Of a DNA stretch of 64,000 bases, positions 59,206-64,000 are shown in pieces; within the stretch, counting starts at the first letter, position 1; each line of letters begins with the position of its first letter. A program made the position numbers and the translations under genes. Location of the stretch: contig JAVJQW010000017.1 of assembly GCA_040218735.1 (NCBI GenBank), positions 288,001-352,000 on the forward strand, given 5' to 3'. Below the pieces are notes generated by a model. That model was not told the origin of the DNA, did no database searches, and was given only the letters and a program-made list of their open reading frames with translations. The DNA comes from Deltaproteobacteria bacterium (lineage in GTDB: Bacteria > Myxococcota > Kuafuiibacteriia > Kuafuiibacteriales > Kuafuiibacteriaceae).

Positions 59206-62200
59206 AACGCGCAGCGTGGCTCCTCCTGCTGTTCGCCGTCGCGTGTAAGACCACGTCGACCGCGAAGCGCTTCGAACCGCTCCCCACCGCGACGCCCGCC
59301 GAGGACGCACGGCAACGCGCGCGGGGCCTCAAGGACGACGGCGTCGCCGCGGTCGTGGCGTGGATCGAGGGCAACGACCGCAAGTACGCGCGCGAGCGCC
59401 TCGACGCCGGGATCGAGAAAGCCCCCAACAAGGCGCACCTGAGGATCGCGCGGGCGGTGTTGTCCCTCTCGGAGCTCGACGAGGTCGCCGCGTGGCGCGA
59501 TCTCGCACACGTGATCGAGGCCGCCCCCGACTCCGCGGAGGCAGAGCTCGCGATGGTGTTGATCGCCGACCGCGTGCGCGCGACGCGCGACGCCGAGGTC
59601 CTGAGCGCCGCGCTCGCGAAGACCATGGAGGCGGGCCGCGCCGAGCGCGTCGTCATCGCCTCGGCGATCTCGGCGCGCATCGCGTCGGGGCTGAACAAGG
59701 ACGACGACGCGAAGAAGGCGATGGCCCGCGCCGGCAAACTCGTCGACTGGCGAGGCATCGGCCCGATCGCACCGTTGGATCATCGCGAGATGGCGGAGCG
59801 CCCGCGGTACGTGGACTCGAGCGACTGGTCGAACCCAGAGCCCTTCCGCGGCGCCATCCCGTCGATCGACAGCTACGGACACACCCGCCGCGGCCACCTC
59901 CGCCCGAAGGGGTCGCCGGGGCTCTACGTCTTCGAGACGTTCGTCGAGCTCGATGAAGCCGGCGCGCTGTTGCTCGACGCGCGCCTCCCCACGACCTCAC
60001 GCATCGAGATCGATGGGCAGCTCGTCGTCGATCACGACCTCGGCGATCGGCAACGGCCGCACCGCGTCCGTGTCCCGCTGCGCGCGGGTGCCGGCTGGCA
60101 CCGCGTCACCCTGACCATGCTCGGCAGCCCTTCGCACCGCGTGTCGATCGGGCTCCTCGCGGCGGACGGCGCGCCGGTGGTCAAGCAGCAGGCCGAAGCG
60201 CTCCCGAAGGGTGCTGCGCTGGTGTCCGTCGCGCCGGCCGTGGGGCAGCGCGCGGTCGACGCCGACATGCCGATCGATGCGCCAGACCTCGTCGCGAAGT
60301 GGATTCGCTCCGACGACTGGTCGTGGTTCGGGCGCACCATGGCGGCGTTCGTTCACCTCTCCGGTTGGTACCGCGACCTGGAGTCGGCGCGCGCCGTGCT
60401 GTTCGGGGTCGACGTCGCGGCCCCCGAGTCCGCGGCGCTGCACCTCGCGCACGGGCGCCTGCTCCGATGGACGAACCGCCCCTCCGGGATGGTCCAGGCG
60501 TCGGTGGCGGAGGCCTTGGAGCTCGACCCGACGCACCCCGCCGCGCTCGTCGCGCTCGCGGCGGCGATTCAGTCCGACGACGCCGACCGCGCGTTGGCGT
60601 TGGTGGAGCGCGCGGAGAAGGCCGCGCCGCATTCGCTGCGACCGGACGTGCTGCGGCTCCGCATCTACCGCGAGCGCGGGTGGCGCGCCGAGGCCGTGGA
60701 GCTGCTCCGCGCGATCGTGAAGCGCGACCCACCGCAGAGCGTGCTGCGCGACGGAGCGCAGTTCCTCCGCAGCCTCGACTACGTCGAGGAGGCCAACACT
60801 CTCCTCGCGCGCGCGGACGCGATGACGAAGGACGAGGTCTCGATCGACGCGAAGCTGATGCGCGGACAGATCGACGAAGCGATCGCCCAGCTGATCGAGG
60901 ACGGCGGTCCGAACAACTTCGCGCGCGCAGCGCGGCTGCTCCTGACGCGCGGCGAACGCGACGAAGCGAAGAAACGCGCCGACGCGGCGATCGAACGCGA
61001 CCCGGGGCACGTCGGCGCGCTGGAGGTTCGCCTCCGGATCGCGGTCCTGGAGGAGGACGCCGAGGCGGCGAAGCGGATCGTCGCTGCGCTGCGCACGCAG
61101 GGGTCGGCTTCGATCTCCCACGAGGTCCTCCGCTCGCTCGTCAGCGGCGAAACGCTGGCCCGTCCGGAGGCGGGCTCCTGGCTCGCGAAGGAGCTGAAGC
61201 ACGACGTCTGGCCGCAGATCCGCTACCTCCCCGGCACCGACGTCCCGCGCGGGCTCGACCCCGCCGACCCGAACAGCCGCTACGCGAGCGTGCGTCTGCT
61301 CGACCGCGTCGTCGACCACGTGCGCCCGAACGGACAGGCGCTGTCGTGGCGACACGAAGTCACGCGGCTGCAGACGAAGGAAGCGACCGACAAGGCCGGT
61401 GAGTTCCGCATCCCCGGCGACGCCCTCCCCGTCACGCTCCGCACGCTCAAGCCGGACGGGCGCATGCTCGACGTCGATCAACACAGCGGCAAGAACGACC
61501 TGTCGTTCTCCGCGCTCGCGCCCGGCGACGCCGTCGAACGTGAGTGGGTCGACGTGACGAGCCCAGCCACCGCGTGGGGCGGTTACATGCGGCGCTTCTA
61601 CTTCTCCGGGACGACGCCCACGGAGCGCTCCGACTACGTCGTCGTGGTGCCGAAGGGCCTGAAGGTCTGGACGCACAGCTACCACGGGGCGCCGGAGCCG
61701 ATCGTCCAGGACGAAGGCGACCACACGATCTACCTGTTCACCGCGCGCGACATCGAGGCGTTCCAGCCCGAGCCGGCGTCGGCTCCGTGGGAGGAGTTCG
61801 TGCCGTTCGTCGCGGTGGCGGTGGAGGCGGATCACGACCGCGCGCTCGCGGCGAACACCCTCGGCCTCGACGCCCTCACGCGCACGGCCTACGACGTGGA
61901 GGCGACGGCGCATCGGATCATCAAGGGGGTCCCGGAGGCGGAGCACGTGCGCGCGATCTTCCAGTGGGTGACGCGAGAGATCGGCGACGGACGTGCGCGC
62001 GAGCCGTCGGTCGTCCTCGCGACGAAGCGCGGTGACCGCGCCGGGATCTTCGCGGCGATGTTGCGAGCGATCGGCGTCCCCGCGGAGGTCGTGCTCGCGG
62101 AGTCCGGGGGGAACCTCCGCATCTCGCCGCGGTTCCCGATGACCTCGCGCTTCGAGATGGGTCTCGTGCGCATCACCCCGAAGGACCAGCCCACGGAGTG

Positions 62201-63014
62201 GGCGTTCCTCGAAGGCAAACAGCCGTGGCTCGGCCGACTCCCGCCGTTCATGCGCGACGGTGCGTACGTGTCCTGGTCGGACGCGAGTGTGCACCCGATC
62301 CGCGCGCGGGAGGTCGACACGTGGAAGCTCGTCTCGCACGTCGAGCTCGAGGTCGACGCGGCGGGCAACGCCGCCGGCAAGGTCCAGCTCACGCTCCCCG
62401 GCACCTACGGCGCGCAGCTGCGGGAGTTCCTGTTGGGCGCGCGCGAGGAGCAAGCGCAACGTCAGTTGCAAGGCTGGTTGTCGTCGCTGATCCCCGGCGC
62501 GCGTCTGGTCGACTTCGAGACCGTCAACGCCGACACCCCTTCGCTCCCCTACGGGCTCGAAGCTCGCGTGGCGATCGACGCGTTCATGGTGCGCGAGGGG
62601 AACATGCTCGTGAACGAGCAGTTCTTCTGGAGCCTGCTCGCGTCGCGTTCGATCGGGATGCCGTCGCTCGGCACCTACCTACGGACGCCGGCGCGCAAGT
62701 CACCGATGTTCATCCGCGAGAACGCCGAGCAGATGACCGTCGTGGTGCGCTTCCCGTCGAACACTTCACAGCCGTTGGAGGCCCCCCAGAGCTTCACGCG
62801 CGGGATGGACTTCGGACAGTTCAGCCAGGCGTTCGAGTGGGACGCCGAGAAACACGAGGCGCGGCTCGTGCGCATCGAGGCGATGCCGCAGATGCGCCTG
62901 CCGGCGGAGGCGTTCGGGCCGTTCCGGGTGTCGGCGCAAGAGATCTTGCAGGCCCTCCGCAACCGGCTGGTGGTCCCGGTCGACGTGATGGCTCAGCTCA
63001 GCGCCAAACGCTGA
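59202..63014 (+). CDS. TPR + DUF3857-like lipoprotein with a degenerate transglutaminase domain
   Basis: AVAC lipobox; LAPGDAVE; KRGDRAG lacks the catalytic Cys; ATGA overlap with the upstream paralog. Confidence 0.75.
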   Translation: MKRAAWLLLLFAVACKTTSTAKRFEPLPTATPAEDARQRARGLKDDGVAAVVAWIEGNDRKYARERLDAGIEKAPNKAHLRIARAVLSLSELDEVAAWRDLAHVIEAAPDSAEAELAMVLIADRVRATRDAEVLSAALAKTMEAGRAERVVIASAISARIASGLNKDDDAKKAMARAGKLVDWRGIGPIAPLDHREMAERPRYVDSSDWSNPEPFRGAIPSIDSYGHTRRGHLRPKGSPGLYVFETFVELDEAGALLLDARLPTTSRIEIDGQLVVDHDLGDRQRPHRVRVPLRAGAGWHRVTLTMLGSPSHRVSIGLLAADGAPVVKQQAEALPKGAALVSVAPAVGQRAVDADMPIDAPDLVAKWIRSDDWSWFGRTMAAFVHLSGWYRDLESARAVLFGVDVAAPESAALHLAHGRLLRWTNRPSGMVQASVAEALELDPTHPAALVALAAAIQSDDADRALALVERAEKAAPHSLRPDVLRLRIYRERGWRAEAVELLRAIVKRDPPQSVLRDGAQFLRSLDYVEEANTLLARADAMTKDEVSIDAKLMRGQIDEAIAQLIEDGGPNNFARAARLLLTRGERDEAKKRADAAIERDPGHVGALEVRLRIAVLEEDAEAAKRIVAALRTQGSASISHEVLRSLVSGETLARPEAGSWLAKELKHDVWPQIRYLPGTDVPRGLDPADPNSRYASVRLLDRVVDHVRPNGQALSWRHEVTRLQTKEATDKAGEFRIPGDALPVTLRTLKPDGRMLDVDQHSGKNDLSFSALAPGDAVEREWVDVTSPATAWGGYMRRFYFSGTTPTERSDYVVVVPKGLKVWTHSYHGAPEPIVQDEGDHTIYLFTARDIEAFQPEPASAPWEEFVPFVAVAVEADHDRALAANTLGLDALTRTAYDVEATAHRIIKGVPEAEHVRAIFQWVTREIGDGRAREPSVVLATKRGDRAGIFAAMLRAIGVPAEVVLAESGGNLRISPRFPMTSRFEMGLVRITPKDQPTEWAFLEGKQPWLGRLPPFMRDGAYVSWSDASVHPIRAREVDTWKLVSHVELEVDAAGNAAGKVQLTLPGTYGAQLREFLLGAREEQAQRQLQGWLSSLIPGARLVDFETVNADTPSLPYGLEARVAIDAFMVREGNMLVNEQFFWSLLASRSIGMPSLGTYLRTPARKSPMFIRENAEQMTVVVRFPSNTSQPLEAPQSFTRGMDFGQFSQAFEWDAEKHEARLVRIEAMPQMRLPAEAFGPFRVSAQEILQALRNRLVVPVDVMAQLSAKR

Positions 63015-63790
63015 CGCCACTCCTGGATCAACCGGTCCGGGTGACTGTGCTCGACGGGGTGGAACGACGGCGCGAAGTACGCCAGGTACGGCACGATCAG
63101 GACACGTAGGAGCCCCGGCTCGCCCCACAGCTTCCTCATCCCGCGGCGCCACACACCGAAGTCGAACAGCTTGCCGCGCTCGCGGAGCAGGCCGACGTGG
63201 TACCAGCTCATGATCACCACCAGGAAGAACGACGACAGCAGCATCGTCCCGACGCGGCGCCCGTAGGAGCCGTCGACCTGCGCGAGCAGATCGAATGCGA
63301 CGTGTTTGTGCTCCGTCTCCTCGAGCGCGTGCCACAGCCACAGTCGTTGCACGGCCCCGGTCGCGGCGTCGTTGTGCTCGGGCGTCACCAGCAGCTGCTC
63401 CGCGAGGAGCGCGGTGATGTGCTCGAGGGCCACGGTGATCCCGAGCTGCGAACGCGCGGAGAGGCGACGACGCCCGAAGTCGAGGAGCCTCCGAAGGCGT
63501 CGCTCGTACTTCGGGACCTGCGTGAAGCCTTGCTCGACGAGCATCGCGTTGAACGCCCGGTGCGCTCGGCCGTGCATCGCCTCCTGTCCGATGAACCCGG
63601 CGATGTCCGCTTCGACCTCGGGGTTCGAGCCGCGGAACCGCTTCACGGCGTCGACGAAGAAGCGCTCGCCCTCCGGCAAGAGGATCGAGAAGGCGTTGAA
63701 GAACGCGGTGACGAACGGGTCGTTGGCGTACCAGTCGCGGTCGACGTTGGAGAAGTCGAAGTCGAGCGCGCGGCGAGGAATGGCTCCCAT
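62993..63790 (-). CDS. Predicted metal-dependent hydrolase
   Basis: PEGERFF, FIGQEAMHGRAH, ALEHIT and WHALEETEHK motifs. Confidence 0.88.
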   Translation of the reverse strand: MGAIPRRALDFDFSNVDRDWYANDPFVTAFFNAFSILLPEGERFFVDAVKRFRGSNPEVEADIAGFIGQEAMHGRAHRAFNAMLVEQGFTQVPKYERRLRRLLDFGRRRLSARSQLGITVALEHITALLAEQLLVTPEHNDAATGAVQRLWLWHALEETEHKHVAFDLLAQVDGSYGRRVGTMLLSSFFLVVIMSWYHVGLLRERGKLFDFGVWRRGMRKLWGEPGLLRVLIVPYLAYFAPSFHPVEHSHPDRLIQEWRQRLALS

Positions 63791-63914
63791 GTCTCGATCT
63801 TGGTCATCGACGCCAGCGGGACAATGTCATGTCGTGCCAGTTGTTGGTCCGAACGGGCCAGGCGCGGGGGCCTCTTGCAAGCGCGCGGACGGTCGGGTGT
63901 GCTTCGAGACGAGG

Positions 63915-64000
63915 ATGCGCGCCGAGCACCCGACGTTTCACGGCTCCTACGCCCTGCAGCTCCTCCAGCTCGTGGAGCGCTGGGACGTGCGCCCCGAGGC
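63915..64000 (+). CDS. Probable AraC-family regulator (5' partial)
   Basis: MRAEHPTFHGSYALQLLQLVERWDV; divergent from the hydrolase, which is a common arrangement. Confidence 0.5.
   Translation, partial: MRAEHPTFHGSYALQLLQLVERWDVRPE

Overview
This is a high-GC window, most likely from a Myxococcota or related deltaproteobacterium; the TIGR02266-like, ADYC-motif and Cys-rich lipoprotein genes point that way. Its main feature is a non-flagellar type III secretion system (T3SS) export-apparatus gene set in canonical order, all on the + strand: sctL(3' end)-N-O / P / Q-fliO-R-S-orf-T / U-sctX?-sctY?-filament?-TPR-V. The set is spread over about 37 kb by interspersed genes. A toxin-immunity-like pair sits between sctO and sctP: a 1347-aa protein with three CxxCH motifs spaced exactly 660 bp apart, a hydrophobic segment and a C-terminal RxxDSE/PCxxC deaminase, followed by a WD40-like gene. 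Other candidate antibacterial substrates are an HExxH zincin and an M15 peptidoglycan peptidase with a buried lipoprotein signal. A sigma28-like promoter motif recurs upstream of several likely secreted substrates. The window also holds an EspG-like gene divergent from sctU, an 88-bp palindromic element inserted in a NUDIX gene, a deleted gene duplicate, alaS, a TIGR02266-repeat-Hsp70 fusion, glutamate-cysteine ligase, cell-wall enzymes and a DUF3857/transglutaminase pair. No rRNA, tRNA, CRISPR array or transposase was recognised. All family calls come from motif recognition by eye; no searches were run.
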